Assembly: GCA_045600905.1 (NCBI GenBank)
Contig: JAZRYT010000054.1
Coordinates: forward strand, 2,053-66,052
Direction: 5' to 3'
Length of the DNA stretch: 64,000 nt
Source of the DNA: Bacteroidales bacterium
Lineage (GTDB): Bacteria > Bacteroidota > Bacteroidia > Bacteroidales > WCHB1-69
Position 1 is the stretch's first letter. Each line of letters starts with the position of its first letter. The notes under the pieces were generated by a model, which saw only the letters and a program-made list of their open reading frames with translations, was not told where the DNA came from and did not search any database. A program made the translations under genes and the position numbers. This document shows, in pieces, positions 1 through 12,857 of the stretch.

Positions 1-11
1 GGATTGTCGGT

Positions 12-1934
12 TTACTCGCTCAACTCAAGCCACTCCATCTCTTTTTCCTCCAGTTGAGACTTAGCTTCATCATATTGTTTGTAAAGTTCGCCGGAAGCCA
101 TTTCCGCAGCGTATTTGTCAGGCTGTGCCAGTTTTTCTTCAATCTCAGCCACTTTCTGTTGGAGGGTTTCCACCTCATCTTCGATTTTACGCAGGCGATT
201 CTTTTTCTTCCTATCGGCCGCTTCCTGTTCCTTTCTACGTTCATAGCTTTCCTTGTTGGAAGACACGGTCTTTTCGCCAGTAGTTCCCGTCACAGTCTGC
301 TTGCGTTGTAATTCATTCAAAGACTGGAGTTTTCTTTCAGCCAGGAAATCATACACGTCACCGGTATAGCCTTTGAGCTGTTTGTCTTTAAATTCGTATG
401 TTTTAGTGGATAGTCCTTCCAAGAAGTCACGGTCGTGTGAAACTAAAATAAGGCTGCCCTCATATTGCAGCAGAGCATTTTTCAGCACATCTTTGGAAGG
501 CATATCCAAGTGGTTGGTAGGTTCGTCCAGGATGAGCAGGTTAAAAGGAGAGAGCAGCAGTTTGGCCAAAGCGAGGCGCGCCTTTTCGCCACCGGACAAC
601 ACCTTGACTTTTTTTTCGGTAGCTTCCGTATCAAACAGGAAACTGCCCAATATAGTTCTGATTTTGGGGCGGATATCGCCAACGGCAACATCGTCAATGG
701 TTTCAAAGACGGTCTTTTCCGGATCCAGCAATTTGGCCTGATTTTGCGCATAGTAGCCAATCACGACCTGGTATCCGAGATTGAGTTCGCCGCTTTGAGG
801 AGCCAATTCACCCACAATGGCTTTCACCAAAGTAGATTTGCCTTCTCCGTTACGTCCGACAAAGGCAACGCGTTCGCCGCGTTCCAAATGGAAATCGATT
901 TTGTTCAGCACATTGAGTGCATCATAGCCAAGAGACAGTTGTTTGGTTTCCACCACCATTCTGCCGGAATGCGGTGCTGGCGGAAATTTGAAAGCGATAG
1001 AGGAGGAATCGTATTCGTCAATCTCTACCCTATCCATTTTCTCCAACATTTTCAAACGGCTCTGCACCTGACGTGCCTTAGTCGCCTTGTATCTAAAGCG
1101 TTCAATAAAGCGTTCGATTTGGGCGATTTGCTGTTGTTGGTTTTCGTAAGCAGCCTGTTGGTGTTCGATACGTTCCAATCGTTGCTCCACATATTGCGAA
1201 TAACTACATTTGTAATCCTGAATCGAACCACAAGTTATTTCCACGGTGCGGTTGGTCACCCTATCTAAAAAAGCGCGGTCGTGAGAGACGAGTATGACGC
1301 AGCCATCATAGTTAGCCAGATAATCCTCCAGCCATTGGATAGATTCGATATCAAGATGGTTTGTAGGTTCGTCCAGCAGGACGATTTCAGGTCGTTGCAA
1401 CAAAATTTTGGCCAAGCAGACACGCATCTGCCAACCATTGCTGAACTCTGCCATCGGGCGCGGGAAGTCGGAACGCTTGAACCCCATTCCCGTCAACACC
1501 TTTTCCGCATCACCCTCAATCATATTTCCGCCAAGATGGTCATAACGATCATTGGTGTCGGAAAGTTGCTGAGCCAACTGGGCATATTCCTCAGATTCGA
1601 AATCGGTTCTTTCGGAAAGGGCCTGCGTGAGGCGTTGCATTTTGGACTCTAGCTGTTTGACTTCCACAAATGCGGACATAGTCTCTTCCCAAACCGTTTT
1701 GTAGGATGTCTCAGCCAACTCCTGAGGCAGATAGCCAGTCTTAAACCCTGTCGTTATTACGATTGTTCCGGAAGTCGGTTCTTGAACTTTATGAATAATC
1801 TTCAACAGCGTGGATTTTCCCGCACCGTTATGGCCGACTAGGCCGATGCGGTCTTTGTCTCCCGCCACGAAGGAAATATCGTGGAAGAGGAAATCTCCTG
1901 TAAAATTCACGGACAGTTTGTTGAGTTGTATCAT
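12..1934 (-). CDS. ABC-F family ATPase (two ABC ATPase cassettes, no membrane domain)
   Basis: 640-aa ORF with ATG at 1932-1934. Walker A motifs GHNGAGKST and GRNGEGKST. Signature-like motifs FSNGWQMR and LSGGEKARL. Lys/Glu-rich coiled-coil tail typical of ABC-F proteins. Confidence 0.9.
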   Translation of the reverse strand: MIQLNKLSVNFTGDFLFHDISFVAGDKDRIGLVGHNGAGKSTLLKIIHKVQEPTSGTIVITTGFKTGYLPQELAETSYKTVWEETMSAFVEVKQLESKMQRLTQALSERTDFESEEYAQLAQQLSDTNDRYDHLGGNMIEGDAEKVLTGMGFKRSDFPRPMAEFSNGWQMRVCLAKILLQRPEIVLLDEPTNHLDIESIQWLEDYLANYDGCVILVSHDRAFLDRVTNRTVEITCGSIQDYKCSYSQYVEQRLERIEHQQAAYENQQQQIAQIERFIERFRYKATKARQVQSRLKMLEKMDRVEIDEYDSSSIAFKFPPAPHSGRMVVETKQLSLGYDALNVLNKIDFHLERGERVAFVGRNGEGKSTLVKAIVGELAPQSGELNLGYQVVIGYYAQNQAKLLDPEKTVFETIDDVAVGDIRPKIRTILGSFLFDTEATEKKVKVLSGGEKARLALAKLLLSPFNLLILDEPTNHLDMPSKDVLKNALLQYEGSLILVSHDRDFLEGLSTKTYEFKDKQLKGYTGDVYDFLAERKLQSLNELQRKQTVTGTTGEKTVSSNKESYERRKEQEAADRKKKNRLRKIEDEVETLQQKVAEIEEKLAQPDKYAAEMASGELYKQYDEAKSQLEEKEMEWLELSE

Positions 1935-2002
1935 ACTTTGGAAAAGAGTTATGTGGATAATTCAAAGGCACTCGTGCTGCAACTAGCGCTTTCGCAGCCT
2001 TA

Positions 2003-2033
2003 TAAAAAAGGGTGAGGTCAAAGCCTCACCCCC
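2003..2033 (-). terminator. Rho-independent terminator after the rpoBC-DUF3467 unit
   Basis: GGGTGAGG (2010-2017) pairs with CCTCACCC (2024-2031) across a 6-nt loop. On the minus strand it is followed by a T-run (plus-strand A6, 2004-2009). It lies about 45 nt downstream of the 2079 stop. Confidence 0.6.
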
Positions 2034-2078
2034 ATCATAATTTATAGTTTAAGAATTTTGAACGTTTCTTTATTAAGA

Positions 2079-2375
2079 TTATGCCAGACCACCGCCATTC
2101 ATAATGGGAGGAAGGCCGCCTTGTTGATTATCAACGATTACACCGTTTTGATCTTCAAACTTAGCAAGATTTTCGGACAAAGCGACCAAAAGGCGTTTGG
2201 CATTTTGCGGAGTCATAATGATGCGTGAACGAACGCTACCTTTTTTCACACCGGGAAGCATAGACACGAAATCAACAATAAACTCACTGGTAGAATGAGA
2301 AATAATCGCGATATTGGAATAAATACCCTGTGCGACATCTTCTGGCAAATTAATATCAATCTTTTGTTCTTGCAT
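2079..2375 (-). CDS. DUF3467-family small protein (conserved downstream partner of rpoC in Bacteroidota)
   Basis: 98-aa ORF. The core GIYSNIAIISHSTSEFIVDFVSMLPG...SRIIMTPQNAKRLLVAL matches my recollection of DUF3467. Its position directly after rpoC fits the family. Confidence 0.75.
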   Translation of the reverse strand: MQEQKIDINLPEDVAQGIYSNIAIISHSTSEFIVDFVSMLPGVKKGSVRSRIIMTPQNAKRLLVALSENLAKFEDQNGVIVDNQQGGLPPIMNGGGLA

Positions 2376-2392
2376 AATTTTTTATGAATTAT

Positions 2393-2416
2393 AAGCCCAG
2401 ATATAAACCTGGGCTT
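2393..2416 (-). terminator. Hairpin between rpoC and the DUF3467 gene (possible partial terminator or processing site)
   Basis: AAGCCCAG (2393-2400) pairs with CTGGGCTT (2409-2416) across an 8-nt loop. No clean T-run follows on the minus strand, so it is weak. Confidence 0.3.
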
Positions 2417-2433
2417 AATGATTTTACAATAAA

Positions 2434-5400
2434 TTATTCGTCTTCTTTAGAAGCCATTAAAGAAGCATATTCTTCTTGAGAGCCGACTTCCATGTGTTGA
2501 TATGAACGGATACCTGTACCTGCCGGAATCTTCTGACCGACGATGACATTTTCCTTCATACCGACCAAGTCATCAGATTTAGCATTGATAGCAGCTTCTG
2601 TCAAAACTTTAGTCGTTTCCTGGAAGGATGCAGCGGAAATGAAGCTACGGGTTTGCAAAGAAGCGCGCGTAATACCTTGAAGAATCGGCTTACCAGTTGC
2701 AGGACGTGCATCACGTACTTCAACGAGGCGTAAGTCTTTACGCTTCAGAATGGAGTTGACATCACGTAATTTCTTAGCAGTGATAATCTGACCTTTGCGT
2801 ACTTCTTCTGAATCACCTGTTTCTTCGACAACTTTCTTATCCCAAATCATATCGTTTTCTTCCTGGAAATCAATCTTGTTGATCAATTCGCCTTGGAGGA
2901 ACTTGGTATCGCCCGGATCTTCGATTTCCATCTTACGCATCATCTGGCGAACAATGACTTCGAAGTGTTTGTCATTGATTTTCACACCTTGGAGACGATA
3001 GACTTCTTGAATTTCATTGATAATGTACTCTTGAACTTTTTGAGCGCCCTTGATATTCAAAATATCGACAGGAGTAAGAGAACCTTCAGAAAGCGGAGTG
3101 CCAGCTTTGACGAAGTCGTTTTCTTGGGCCAATATCTGTTTGGAAGTTGGGATGAGATACGTTTTAGCGCCTTCTCCGTCATCGTTACGAGGAGTAATCT
3201 TAACGACACGGTTACCACGTTTCAATTTCTTTTCGAAAGAAACGACACCGTCGATTTCGGAAACCACTGCGGGATCTGACGGGTTACGAGCTTCGAAGAG
3301 TTCGGTAACTCGAGGAAGACCACCGGTGATATCGCCGGTCTTACCGAAGGAACGCAGAATTTTAACTAGGATTTCACCGGAGTCGATATCCTGTCCTTCT
3401 TCTACTGACAGACGAGCACCCACTGGAACGTCGAAGCTCTTGATGACCTCACCGTATTCATCGACGATGGAGATACTCGGGTTCTTCGTTTTCAGACGAC
3501 TTTCGATAATGACTTTATCGTGGATATTGGTTTGTTCATCAGTTTCAACACGATAAGTAACGCCTTCAATAATATCGTTAAATACAACCTTACCTGCAAC
3601 ATCGGAAAGGATGACGGCGTTGAACGGATCCCAATCAGCGATCAAATCGCCTTTCTTAATGGAATCGCCGTGTTTGAAATAGAGGTTAGAACCGTAAGGC
3701 ACATTGGCGGAAGTCAAAGCGATACCGGTTTTAACATCGATAATCTTGATTTCGGCGGTACGGCCGATAACCTTATAGTATTGTTTGCCAAGCGCATCGG
3801 TTTTCTCCAAAGCACGGAGTTCGTCGATACTCAACACACCGTCATAGGAAGCCTGAATGGAGCTGTTGGCAGCCACGTTACCAGCGACACCACCGACGTG
3901 GAACGTACGCAGAGTCAACTGTGTACCAGGCTCACCGATAGACTGAGCGGCAATGACACCTACGGCCTCACCGATTTGAACCATCTTGCCGGTAGCCAAG
4001 TTACGGCCGTAGCATTTTTGGCAGATACCGTGTTTGGATTCGCAGGTCGGGACGGAACGGATTTCGACTTCCTCAATAGGAGAATCTTCAATGATTTGGC
4101 AATATTCTTCAGTCAACTCTTCACCGGCTTTGATAATGAGTTCGCCAGTTTGAGGATGATAGACATCGTGCAATGTGACGCGGCCCAACAAACGGTCATA
4201 GAGGGTTTCGACCACTTCATCATTTTTCTTCATAGCGCTTACGGTCATACCACGAAGTGTGCCGCAGTCTTCTTCCATAATGATGACATCGTGGGAAACG
4301 TCCACCAAACGACGGGTCAGGTAACCAGCGTCAGCGGTTTTCAAAGCGGTATCTGCCAAACCCTTACGGGCACCGTGCGTAGAGATGAAGTATTCTTGCA
4401 CGGACAGACCTTCTTTGAAGTTGGACAAAATCGGGTTTTCGATAATCTCACCACCAGATGAGCCAGCCTTACTCGGTTTAGCCATCAAACCACGCATACC
4501 GGACAGCTGACGAATCTGTTCAGCAGAACCACGGGCACCAGAGTCACGCATCATGTGGACAGGGTTGAAGCCTTGACGGTCTTCTTCGATTTCCTTCATC
4601 AAAATCTTAGAAAGACGGGCGTTGCACTGTGACCAAACATCGACCACCTGGTTATAACGTTCGGTATTGGTAATGAAACCCATATTATAGTTCATTGTAA
4701 TTTCATCGACTTGGGCATTGGCTTCTGCAATCAATTCGGGTTTTGCAGCAGGAATGATGACGTCACCCAAGTTAAAGGAGAGGCCACCTTCATAAGCCAT
4801 ACGATAACCGAGGCTCATAATATTGTCGAGGAATTCCGTACAGACCTTATTACCGCATTTGTGAAGGACATTACCGATGATGTCACGGAGAGCCTTCTTG
4901 GTCAACAGCATATTAATATATCCGTATTCGCGCGGTACAACCTGGTTGAACATTACACGACCAACAGTTGTGTCGATAATTTTCATTGTACCATTGCCAT
5001 CAACATCTACGCGGCATTTGATTTTAGCGTTAAGGTGTACTTTCTTTTCGTTATAGGCAATCATAACTTCTTCCAAACCATAGAAGATACTACCCTCGCC
5101 TTTGACTTTATGTTCAGGTGTAGAAGGTAATTCTTTGGTAATGTAGTACAGACCCAAGACCATATCCTGGGAAGGGACAGTCACAGGGGCACCATTTGCC
5201 GGGTTAAGAATGTTATGGGAAGCCATCATCAGCATTTGTGCTTCCATAATGGCGGCGTTTCCAAGAGGAACGTGGACAGCCATCTGGTCACCATCGAAGT
5301 CGGCGTTGAAAGCCGTACAGCACAACGGGTGGAGGCGAATGGCCTTACCTTCGACCAAACGAGGTTGGAAAGCCTGGATACCGAGGCGGTGCAATGTAGG

Positions 5401-6720
5401 AGCACGGTTCAACAATACTGGATGGCCCTTGAGGATATTTTCAAGGATTTCATATACGACAGGATCTTTACGATCCACGATTTTCTTAGCGGATTTCACC
5501 GTTTTCACAATACCTCTTTCGAGGATTTTACGGATAATAAACGGTTTGAACAATTCGGATGCCATATCTTTCGGCAGACCGCATTCATTCAAGTGCAGAT
5601 TCGGGCCGACGACGATAACGGAACGACCGGAATAGTCAACACGTTTACCGAGCAAGTTCTGACGGAAACGACCCTGCTTACCCTTCAAGCTATCAGAAAG
5701 GGATTTCAAAGCGCGGTTGGATTCTGTTTTAACGGCGCTAGATTTTTTGGAGTTGTCGAACAAGGAATCCACAGCTTCCTGAAGCATACGTTTTTCATTA
5801 CGCATAATGACATCAGGGGCTTTGATTTCGATGAGTCGTTTCAAACGATTGTTACGAATAATGACACGACGATAGAGGTCGTTCAAGTCGGATGTGGCGA
5901 AACGGCCACCATCCAACGGAACCAACGGACGAAGTTCAGGCGGAATGACCGGAACGATTTTGATAATCATCCATTCGGGTCTGTTTTCAGCACGTTTACG
6001 GCTGTCGCGGAAAGCTTCGAAGATATGAAGACGTTTGAGAAGGTCTTTCTTTCTTTGTTGGGAAGTTTCCTTATTAGCTCTATCGCGGAGTTCGTATGAT
6101 TCAGCATCAAGATCCACGTTGCAGAGAAGATCGTACAAAGCTTCAGCACCCATTTTGGCGATGAACTTGTTAGGATCGGTATCATCCAAAAGACGATTTT
6201 CTGCAGGAAGATTATCTGCTATTTCGAAATATTCCTCTTCTGTAAGGAGAGATTTATATTTGACAGACTCGCTTTCAGCCATACCCGGTTGAATAACGAT
6301 GAATTTCTCGTAATAGATGACGGCATCCACATCTTTGGAAGCTAATCCCAAGAGTGCGCCGATTTTATTTGGCAAAGATTTGAAGAACCAAATATGAGCA
6401 ACAGGCACAACCAATTGGATATGACCCATTCTTTCACGACGGACCTTACGTTCAGTGACTTCCACACCGCATCGGTCACAGATAACGCCCTTATAGCGTA
6501 TTCTCTTGTACTTTCCGCAATGACATTCCCAGTCTTTGGTAGGTCCGAAAATCTTTTCGCAGAAAAGACCATCACGTTCAGGCTTATAAGTCCTGTAGTT
6601 AATGGTTTCCGGCTTGAGAACCTCTCCGTGGGATTGTTCCAGGATGGTTTCAGGGGAAGCCAAGCTGATGGTGATTTTTTGAAATTCCTTTCTTGTATTA
6701 TTGTCTTTTCTAAGAGCCAT
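2434..6720 (-). CDS. rpoC: DNA-directed RNA polymerase subunit beta'
   Basis: Unmistakable RpoC sequence, including the [14 protein letters not shown] catalytic motif and a zinc-binding CxC..C..C N-terminus. The track ORF begins at TTG 6729. The ATG at 6718-6720 (MALRKDNN...) is the more likely start. Confidence 0.97.
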   Translation of the reverse strand: MALRKDNNTRKEFQKITISLASPETILEQSHGEVLKPETINYRTYKPERDGLFCEKIFGPTKDWECHCGKYKRIRYKGVICDRCGVEVTERKVRRERMGHIQLVVPVAHIWFFKSLPNKIGALLGLASKDVDAVIYYEKFIVIQPGMAESESVKYKSLLTEEEYFEIADNLPAENRLLDDTDPNKFIAKMGAEALYDLLCNVDLDAESYELRDRANKETSQQRKKDLLKRLHIFEAFRDSRKRAENRPEWMIIKIVPVIPPELRPLVPLDGGRFATSDLNDLYRRVIIRNNRLKRLIEIKAPDVIMRNEKRMLQEAVDSLFDNSKKSSAVKTESNRALKSLSDSLKGKQGRFRQNLLGKRVDYSGRSVIVVGPNLHLNECGLPKDMASELFKPFIIRKILERGIVKTVKSAKKIVDRKDPVVYEILENILKGHPVLLNRAPTLHRLGIQAFQPRLVEGKAIRLHPLCCTAFNADFDGDQMAVHVPLGNAAIMEAQMLMMASHNILNPANGAPVTVPSQDMVLGLYYITKELPSTPEHKVKGEGSIFYGLEEVMIAYNEKKVHLNAKIKCRVDVDGNGTMKIIDTTVGRVMFNQVVPREYGYINMLLTKKALRDIIGNVLHKCGNKVCTEFLDNIMSLGYRMAYEGGLSFNLGDVIIPAAKPELIAEANAQVDEITMNYNMGFITNTERYNQVVDVWSQCNARLSKILMKEIEEDRQGFNPVHMMRDSGARGSAEQIRQLSGMRGLMAKPSKAGSSGGEIIENPILSNFKEGLSVQEYFISTHGARKGLADTALKTADAGYLTRRLVDVSHDVIIMEEDCGTLRGMTVSAMKKNDEVVETLYDRLLGRVTLHDVYHPQTGELIIKAGEELTEEYCQIIEDSPIEEVEIRSVPTCESKHGICQKCYGRNLATGKMVQIGEAVGVIAAQSIGEPGTQLTLRTFHVGGVAGNVAANSSIQASYDGVLSIDELRALEKTDALGKQYYKVIGRTAEIKIIDVKTGIALTSANVPYGSNLYFKHGDSIKKGDLIADWDPFNAVILSDVAGKVVFNDIIEGVTYRVETDEQTNIHDKVIIESRLKTKNPSISIVDEYGEVIKSFDVPVGARLSVEEGQDIDSGEILVKILRSFGKTGDITGGLPRVTELFEARNPSDPAVVSEIDGVVSFEKKLKRGNRVVKITPRNDDGEGAKTYLIPTSKQILAQENDFVKAGTPLSEGSLTPVDILNIKGAQKVQEYIINEIQEVYRLQGVKINDKHFEVIVRQMMRKMEIEDPGDTKFLQGELINKIDFQEENDMIWDKKVVEETGDSEEVRKGQIITAKKLRDVNSILKRKDLRLVEVRDARPATGKPILQGITRASLQTRSFISAASFQETTKVLTEAAINAKSDDLVGMKENVIVGQKIPAGTGIRSYQHMEVGSQEEYASLMASKEDE

Positions 6721-6746
6721 AATGTACAATATGATTTTATAATGTC

Positions 6747-9700
6747 TTATTCAAATTTAATATCCAAAGCAAGGCCTCTGAGCTCGTTCACCAACACGTT
6801 GAAAGATTCCGGAATACCGGCAATCGGCATATTGTCGCCTTTCACGATGGCTTCGTATGCTTTTGCTCTACCCACCACGTCGTCAGACTTGACAGTGAGG
6901 ATTTCTTGCAAGACATTGGATGCGCCGTAAGCCTCAATTGCCCAGACCTCCATTTCACCGAAACGTTGGCCACCGAATTGGGCTTTACCACCAAGAGGCT
7001 GTTGAGTAATCAAGGAGTACGGTCCGATAGAACGTGCGTGCATCTTGTCATCAACCATGTGGTGCAGTTTCAGGTAGTAGATGTAGCCGACAGTAGCTTT
7101 TTGATGGAACGGTTCACCTGTTTCACCATCATAAAGTTGGGTGCTGCCGTTTTCAGGCAGGCCTGCCTGACGCATATATTCGTTGATTTGATCAATGGAA
7201 GCGCCATCGAAAATTGGGGTGGCAAATTTGCAACCCATTTTCTTACCGGCCCATGCCAAGACAGTTTCATAAATTTGTCCCAAGTTCATACGAGAAGGCA
7301 CACCCAGCGGGTTCAAGACCACATCTACAGGACGGCCGTCTTCGAGGAACGGCAAATCTTCTTGTTTAACGATCTTAGCCACACAACCTTTGTTACCGTG
7401 ACGACCAGCCATTTTGTCACCGATACGCAGTTTACGAGCGTTAGCTATATAGACTTTGGCCATTTGGACGATACCTGCAGGAAGTTCGGTACCGATGGTG
7501 GCATCAAAGATTTCGCGGGTCTTACGTGCTGTAATATCACGAACTTTAATGAGGTAGTTGCGGATAATTTCAGCCACCAGCGCGTTGATTTTACCATCGT
7601 TCGTCCATTTTGAAACGGCTACTACTGTAAAATCAACCGTATTGAGCAGTTTTTGTGAGAACTTGGCGCCCTTTTGAATAACAACGTTTTTAGCATTGTC
7701 GTGGATATTGTGAGCTATCTTGCCTTCCAAGATCTTATAGAGTTTGGAAACAGCAACATCGTGCAATTTGTCGAATTCCACTTGGTACTTGTCTTCGATT
7801 TCCTTCACGATATCCTTATCCTTGGCTTTGGATTTTCTATCCTTAACCAAACGAGAAAGGGATTTCGCCCCAATAACAACGCCCTTCATGGATGGGGGTG
7901 CCTTGAGGGAGGCATCCTTCACATCGCCTGCTTTGTCACCGAAGATAGCGCGGAGCAGCTTTTCTTCAGGAGTAGGATAAGACTCACCCTTCGGTGTGAT
8001 TTTACCGATGAGGATGTCACCTTCATTTACTTCAGCGCCAACACGAATCAGACCATCTTCGTTCAAATCCTTAGTTGCCTCATTGGAGACATTGGGGATA
8101 TCGTTGGTGAGTTCCTCAATACCACGTTTCGTATCGCGGACTTCCAAAGTAAATGATTCAATATGAATAGATGTATATAAGTCATCTGTAACTGCTTTTT
8201 CGGAGATGACGACAGCATCCTCGAAGTTGTATCCCTTCCAAGGCATGAACGCAACCATCAGGTTTCGTCCGAGTGCCAATTCTCCGTTTTCAGTAGCATA
8301 ACCTTCTGTCAAGACATCGCCTTTCTTCACCTTCTGTCCTTTGACCACGATGGGGCGCATATTGATACAGGAGTTCTGGTTTGTTCTTCTGAATTTAAGC
8401 AGTTGGTAATTGGTTACATTAGTATCGAAACTTACGAGAGCTTCAGCCTCAGTACGTTCGTACTCAATTTCAATATGAGTTGCATCAACGGCTTTCACCA
8501 CGCCAGTACCTTCTGCTACGAGAACAACGCGGGAGTCAACGGCGACTTGGTGTTCCAAACCTGTACCGACGATAGGAGCTTCGGGGCGCAACAAGGGCAC
8601 AGCCTGGCGCATCATGTTAGATCCCATCAACGCACGGTTAGCATCGTCGTTTTCGAGGAACGGAATCAAGGAAGCTGCGATTGACGCGATTTGGTTAGGT
8701 GCGATATCGATCAAGTCAATTTCTTCACGCGGAAGGATTGGGTAATCGGCCAAACGACGGGCTTTCACCTTTTCGCCGAGCAGACCATTTTCATCCATCG
8801 GGGTATTAGCCTGAGCAATACGCATATTGTCTTCTTCTTCTGCTGTCAGGAAGATTGGGGGTTCGTCAAATTGGACTTGGCCGTTAACCACGCGACGATA
8901 CGGAGTGGCGATAAAGCCGAGGTTGTTGATTTTGGCGAAGACGCACAAGGAGGAGATCAAACCGATGTTCGGACCTTCGGGGGTTTCGATTGTACAGAGA
9001 CGACCATAGTGTGTGTAGTGTACGTCTCGGACTTCGAAGCCTGCACGTTCACGAGACAAACCGCCAGGACCGAGAGCTGAGATTCTACGTTTATGCGTAA
9101 TCTCGGACAGCGGGTTTGTTTGGTCCATAAATTGTGACAGCTGGTTGGTACCGAAGAAGGAGTTCACCACGGAGGAAAGCGTCTTGGCATTTATCAAATC
9201 CACCGGTGCAAACAGTTCGTGGTCGCGTACATTCATTTTCTCGCGGATGGTACGGGCCATACGGTTCAAACCCAAGCTGAATTGGTTATATAATTGTTCG
9301 CCGACGGTACGAATACGACGGTTGCTCAAGTGGTCGATATCATCAACTTCCGTCTTTGAATTGATCAATTCGATCAAATAGCGGATGATGGAGATAATAT
9401 CTTCGTTGGTCAACACGCCTGTTTCCATCGGGATATTAAGATTCAATTTCTTGTTGATACGGTAACGTCCCACTTCACCGAGGTCGTAGCGTTTGTCTGA
9501 GAAGAAGAGTTTCTCAAGGGTAGCGCGTGCGGTTTCCTCATCGGGGGCAGCCGTACTCTTCAATTGCAAATAGATGTACTCAATGGCTTCTTTGCCGGAG
9601 TGCGTAGCATCTTTCTGCAACGTATTGAAAATCACGGAGTAGTCAATTTGTTTGTCATCACTCTTATGGAAGAGGACGGTTTTGATGTTCGCATCCGTGA

Positions 9701-10547
9701 TCATATTGATATGCTGTTTTTCAAAAACAGTTTCACGGTCAATGATGACTTCGGTACGTTCGATATTGACGACTTCACCTGTTTCGTTATCCACAAAATC
9801 CTCATATTTGGTTTTGGTGACAGCGGCGGCGAATTTTTCACCGAGATATTTTTTCAAGTTAGCCTTTGTAGCCTTCACTTCGTGAGCAATGTCGAAAATG
9901 CTCAGGATGTCCTTATCGGTTTCGTAGCCGATAGCGCGGAGAAGTGTTGTGACAGGCAATTTCTTTTTTCTGTCGATATAAGCATACATCACGTTGTTTA
10001 TATCGGTAGTGAATTCCATCCAAGATCCTTTGAACGGGATGATACGGGCGGAATAGAGGGGTGTTCCATTGGTATGATAGGAGAAACCGAAGAAGACACC
10101 GGGAGAGCGGTGCAATTGGGAGACGACGACACGTTCAGCGCCATTGATGATGAACGTACCGCTGGGGGTCATATAGGGGATCATTCCCATATATACTTCT
10201 TGGATGACGGTTTCAAAATCCTCGTGTTCGACATCGTTACAGGAAAGTTTGAGTTTGGCTTTCAAGGGAACATTGTATGTCAAACCTCTTTCAAGGCATT
10301 CGTCCATAGAATAACGCGGAGCGTCAATATAATAGTCAAGGAATTCGAGGACGAAACTACCTCTTGCATCCGTAATCGGGAAATTTTCAGCAAATGCGCG
10401 GTAAAGGCCTTCGTTGTGGCGGCATTCAGCATCTGTATCAATTTGGAAAAACTCCTGGAAGGACTTCAGTTGGATATCCAGGAAATCCGGATATGGAACT
10501 TGTCTTGTGGATGCAAAACTTATTCTATTGTTATTATTGGTTGCCAA
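6747..10547 (-). CDS. rpoB: DNA-directed RNA polymerase subunit beta
   Basis: 1266-aa ORF with RpoB hallmarks ([34 protein letters not shown]-like). The start codon as read is TTG (10545-10547), with no in-frame ATG nearby. Confidence 0.96.
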   Translation of the reverse strand: MATNNNNRISFASTRQVPYPDFLDIQLKSFQEFFQIDTDAECRHNEGLYRAFAENFPITDARGSFVLEFLDYYIDAPRYSMDECLERGLTYNVPLKAKLKLSCNDVEHEDFETVIQEVYMGMIPYMTPSGTFIINGAERVVVSQLHRSPGVFFGFSYHTNGTPLYSARIIPFKGSWMEFTTDINNVMYAYIDRKKKLPVTTLLRAIGYETDKDILSIFDIAHEVKATKANLKKYLGEKFAAAVTKTKYEDFVDNETGEVVNIERTEVIIDRETVFEKQHINMITDANIKTVLFHKSDDKQIDYSVIFNTLQKDATHSGKEAIEYIYLQLKSTAAPDEETARATLEKLFFSDKRYDLGEVGRYRINKKLNLNIPMETGVLTNEDIISIIRYLIELINSKTEVDDIDHLSNRRIRTVGEQLYNQFSLGLNRMARTIREKMNVRDHELFAPVDLINAKTLSSVVNSFFGTNQLSQFMDQTNPLSEITHKRRISALGPGGLSRERAGFEVRDVHYTHYGRLCTIETPEGPNIGLISSLCVFAKINNLGFIATPYRRVVNGQVQFDEPPIFLTAEEEDNMRIAQANTPMDENGLLGEKVKARRLADYPILPREEIDLIDIAPNQIASIAASLIPFLENDDANRALMGSNMMRQAVPLLRPEAPIVGTGLEHQVAVDSRVVLVAEGTGVVKAVDATHIEIEYERTEAEALVSFDTNVTNYQLLKFRRTNQNSCINMRPIVVKGQKVKKGDVLTEGYATENGELALGRNLMVAFMPWKGYNFEDAVVISEKAVTDDLYTSIHIESFTLEVRDTKRGIEELTNDIPNVSNEATKDLNEDGLIRVGAEVNEGDILIGKITPKGESYPTPEEKLLRAIFGDKAGDVKDASLKAPPSMKGVVIGAKSLSRLVKDRKSKAKDKDIVKEIEDKYQVEFDKLHDVAVSKLYKILEGKIAHNIHDNAKNVVIQKGAKFSQKLLNTVDFTVVAVSKWTNDGKINALVAEIIRNYLIKVRDITARKTREIFDATIGTELPAGIVQMAKVYIANARKLRIGDKMAGRHGNKGCVAKIVKQEDLPFLEDGRPVDVVLNPLGVPSRMNLGQIYETVLAWAGKKMGCKFATPIFDGASIDQINEYMRQAGLPENGSTQLYDGETGEPFHQKATVGYIYYLKLHHMVDDKMHARSIGPYSLITQQPLGGKAQFGGQRFGEMEVWAIEAYGASNVLQEILTVKSDDVVGRAKAYEAIVKGDNMPIAGIPESFNVLVNELRGLALDIKFE

Positions 10548-10621
10548 GGCTTATTGAATTTTGTTTGAGAAAATACTGATTTTAAGGAATACCAATCAGT
10601 GGGTATTAAATACAACAATAA

Positions 10622-10655
10622 GTACAATACTTCCACCGGAGTGGAAGTGTTGTAC
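10622..10655 (-). promoter_or_regulatory. rplL-rpoB intergenic attenuator hairpin
   Basis: GTACAATACTTCCAC (10622-10636) pairs with GTGGAAGTGTTGTAC (10641-10655) across a CGGA loop (15 bp, one G-U). On the minus strand a T-rich tract follows. The position matches the classical partial terminator between rplL and rpoB. Confidence 0.55.
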
Positions 10656-10678
10656 TATTGATAGGGCTTTAAAGAAAA

Positions 10679-11056
10679 TTATTTAATTTCTACTTCAGCA
10701 CCAGCTTCTTCGAGGGATTTCTTCAAAGATTCAGCTTCATCTTTGGAAACGCCTTCTTTAACTGCTTTAGGAGCACCGTCAACTAATTCCTTAGCTTCTT
10801 TGAGGCCGAGGCTTGTAAGTTCCTTCACGAGTTTAACAACTTGGAGTTTTTGAGCGCCAGCGGCTTTCAAGATAACGTCGAATTCAGTTTTTTCTTCAGC
10901 TGCGGCTGCGCCACCTGCTGCAGGACCTGCTGCTACTGCTACTGCTGCAGCTGCGGGTTCGATACCGTATTCGTCTTTCAAAATTTGAGCTAATTCGTTA
11001 ACTTCTTTAACGGTCAAATTAACTAATTGTTCTGCAAATGCTTTTAAATCTGCCAT
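10679..11056 (-). CDS. rplL: 50S ribosomal protein L7/L12
   Basis: 125 aa with an Ala-rich hinge and C-terminal [23 protein letters not shown]...AGAEVEIK. Confidence 0.97.
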   Translation of the reverse strand: MADLKAFAEQLVNLTVKEVNELAQILKDEYGIEPAAAAVAVAAGPAAGGAAAAEEKTEFDVILKAAGAQKLQVVKLVKELTSLGLKEAKELVDGAPKAVKEGVSKDEAESLKKSLEEAGAEVEIK

Positions 11057-11109
11057 AATTTTATTTTTTAAAAAGGTTTTACTTAATTTGTTTATTTACT
11101 AAATTTGAT

Positions 11110-11631
11110 TTATTCGGCTCTTTCGGATAATGTTTTAACAATACCAGCCAATTTGCCGCCACCGGATTGCAATGCGGAAACCACATTTTTGGCAGGTGAC
11201 TGCAGTAATGCGACGATGTCGCCAATCAATTCTTCGCGAGACTTGATGTTGCAGAGAGTTTCGAGTTGGTCGTCTCCGATGTAAGCGGTTTCTTCGATGA
11301 ACGCTGCTTTGATGATGGGTTTCGCATTTTTAGCGCGGAACTCCTTGATCAATTTAGCGGGAACATTGCCTGTATTACAGAGCATGATGGAAGTTGCACC
11401 GTTAAGGGTCGGATAGATTTCGGAATAATCTGCTTCGCACTGTTCCATTGCGCGTTTGAGAAGGGTGTTTTTAACCACTTTCAACTTCACATCGCGCTTG
11501 TTGCACAATCTGCGCAACTGGTTGACTGTACTAACTGTGAAACCGGAGATATCGGTTACATATACGTGTGAATAGTTAGTCAAGTCTTGTGCTATTTCTT
11601 CAATAATTTGACTTTTTTGTTCTTTTTTCAT
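11110..11631 (-). CDS. rplJ: 50S ribosomal protein L10
   Basis: 173 aa, lying between rplA and rplL, with an L10-like sequence. Confidence 0.94.
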   Translation of the reverse strand: MKKEQKSQIIEEIAQDLTNYSHVYVTDISGFTVSTVNQLRRLCNKRDVKLKVVKNTLLKRAMEQCEADYSEIYPTLNGATSIMLCNTGNVPAKLIKEFRAKNAKPIIKAAFIEETAYIGDDQLETLCNIKSREELIGDIVALLQSPAKNVVSALQSGGGKLAGIVKTLSERAE

Positions 11632-11648
11632 ACTAACTAAACTTGAGA

Positions 11649-12344
11649 TTATAATGTAACGGACTTAGGATCCACTTGTACGCCAGGACTCATTGTTGTA
11701 GAGAGGTAAATACTCTTGATATAGGTACCTTTTGCGGAGGTCGGTTTGAGTTTGATGATAGTGCTCATCATTTCGCGGGCGTTGTCAGTAAGTTGTTCAG
11801 CTGTGAAGCGGTTTTTGCCGATGGAGGTATGGATAATACCATATTTATCCACCTTGAAATCGATTTTACCAGCTTTTACTTCGCTAACGGCCTTGCCTAC
11901 TTCCATAGTAACAGTACCAGACTTGGGGTTAGGCATCAAGCCACGGGGACCCAAGATACGGCCAAGGGCACCAATCTTCGGCATTACGCTTGGCATAGTG
12001 ATGATGACATCAACGTCGGTCCAACCTTGTTTGATCTTATCAACGTATTCATCCAAGCCTACGTAATCAGCTCCGGCAGCCTTTGCTTCTTCCTCCTTGT
12101 CGGGGGTACAGAGTGCAAGTACGCGAACCACTTTACCTGTTCCATGAGGCAGAGTCACGATACCACGAACCATTTGGTTAGCTTTTCGAGGGTCAACGCC
12201 CAAGCGAACGTCGATATCGAAGGAAGCGTCAAATTTAGTATAGGTAAGGTTCTTCACCATTTGGATAGCTTCTGGCAAAGCATATACTTTACTCTTATCA
12301 AATTTAGCTAAAGCTTCTTTGCGTTTTTTTGATATTTTAGCCAT
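11649..12344 (-). CDS. rplA: 50S ribosomal protein L1
   Basis: 231 aa with L1 motifs ([35 protein letters not shown]). Confidence 0.97.
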   Translation of the reverse strand: MAKISKKRKEALAKFDKSKVYALPEAIQMVKNLTYTKFDASFDIDVRLGVDPRKANQMVRGIVTLPHGTGKVVRVLALCTPDKEEEAKAAGADYVGLDEYVDKIKQGWTDVDVIITMPSVMPKIGALGRILGPRGLMPNPKSGTVTMEVGKAVSEVKAGKIDFKVDKYGIIHTSIGKNRFTAEQLTDNAREMMSTIIKLKPTSAKGTYIKSIYLSTTMSPGVQVDPKSVTL

Positions 12345-12369
12345 TTGAATTCTTGATTTTTACTTGTTA

Positions 12370-12819
12370 TTAATTCTGTTCAAAAGGATTCTGACCACCT
12401 TTCACATTGACACCCATACTGCGAGCCGTACCTGCTACCATGGACATTGCTGATTCAACTGTGAAACAGTTGAGGTCCGGTAACTTAAGTTCGGCGATGC
12501 TGCGTACTTGATCCCAAGTGATGGTACCGACTTTGTTTCGGTTAGGTTCGCCGGAACCTTTTTGAAGTTTTGCTGCTTCCTTGATTTGGACAGCAACGGG
12601 CGGCGTTTTGGTGATGAAGTCAAAGGATTTGTCCTTATAGACTGTGATCACTACAGGGATGACTTTGCCAGCAAGGTCCTGTGTACGAGAATTGAACTGC
12701 TTGCAAAATTCCATGATGTTCACGCCCTTTGAACCTAGTGCAGGTCCTACTGGCGGTGACGGATTGGCGGCACCTCCCTTAATTTGTAACTTAATTAAAC
12801 CAGCTACTTCTTTTGCCAT
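12370..12819 (-). CDS. rplK: 50S ribosomal protein L11
   Basis: 149 aa with the PPVGPALG motif and an L11 N-terminal sequence. Confidence 0.97.
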   Translation of the reverse strand: MAKEVAGLIKLQIKGGAANPSPPVGPALGSKGVNIMEFCKQFNSRTQDLAGKVIPVVITVYKDKSFDFITKTPPVAVQIKEAAKLQKGSGEPNRNKVGTITWDQVRSIAELKLPDLNCFTVESAMSMVAGTARSMGVNVKGGQNPFEQN

Positions 12820-12857
12820 TTTTTTAATTGATTTTATTGTTTGTAACTATGTCGGTG

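Noticed and set aside
373-10568. Long antisense ORFs within ABC-F, rpoC and rpoB (for example 465-1268, 3520-4461, 5215-6099, 6906-7613, 9564-10568).
   Set aside because: They lie fully inside strongly supported conserved genes on the other strand and have no recognisable motifs. They are typical reverse-frame open stretches.
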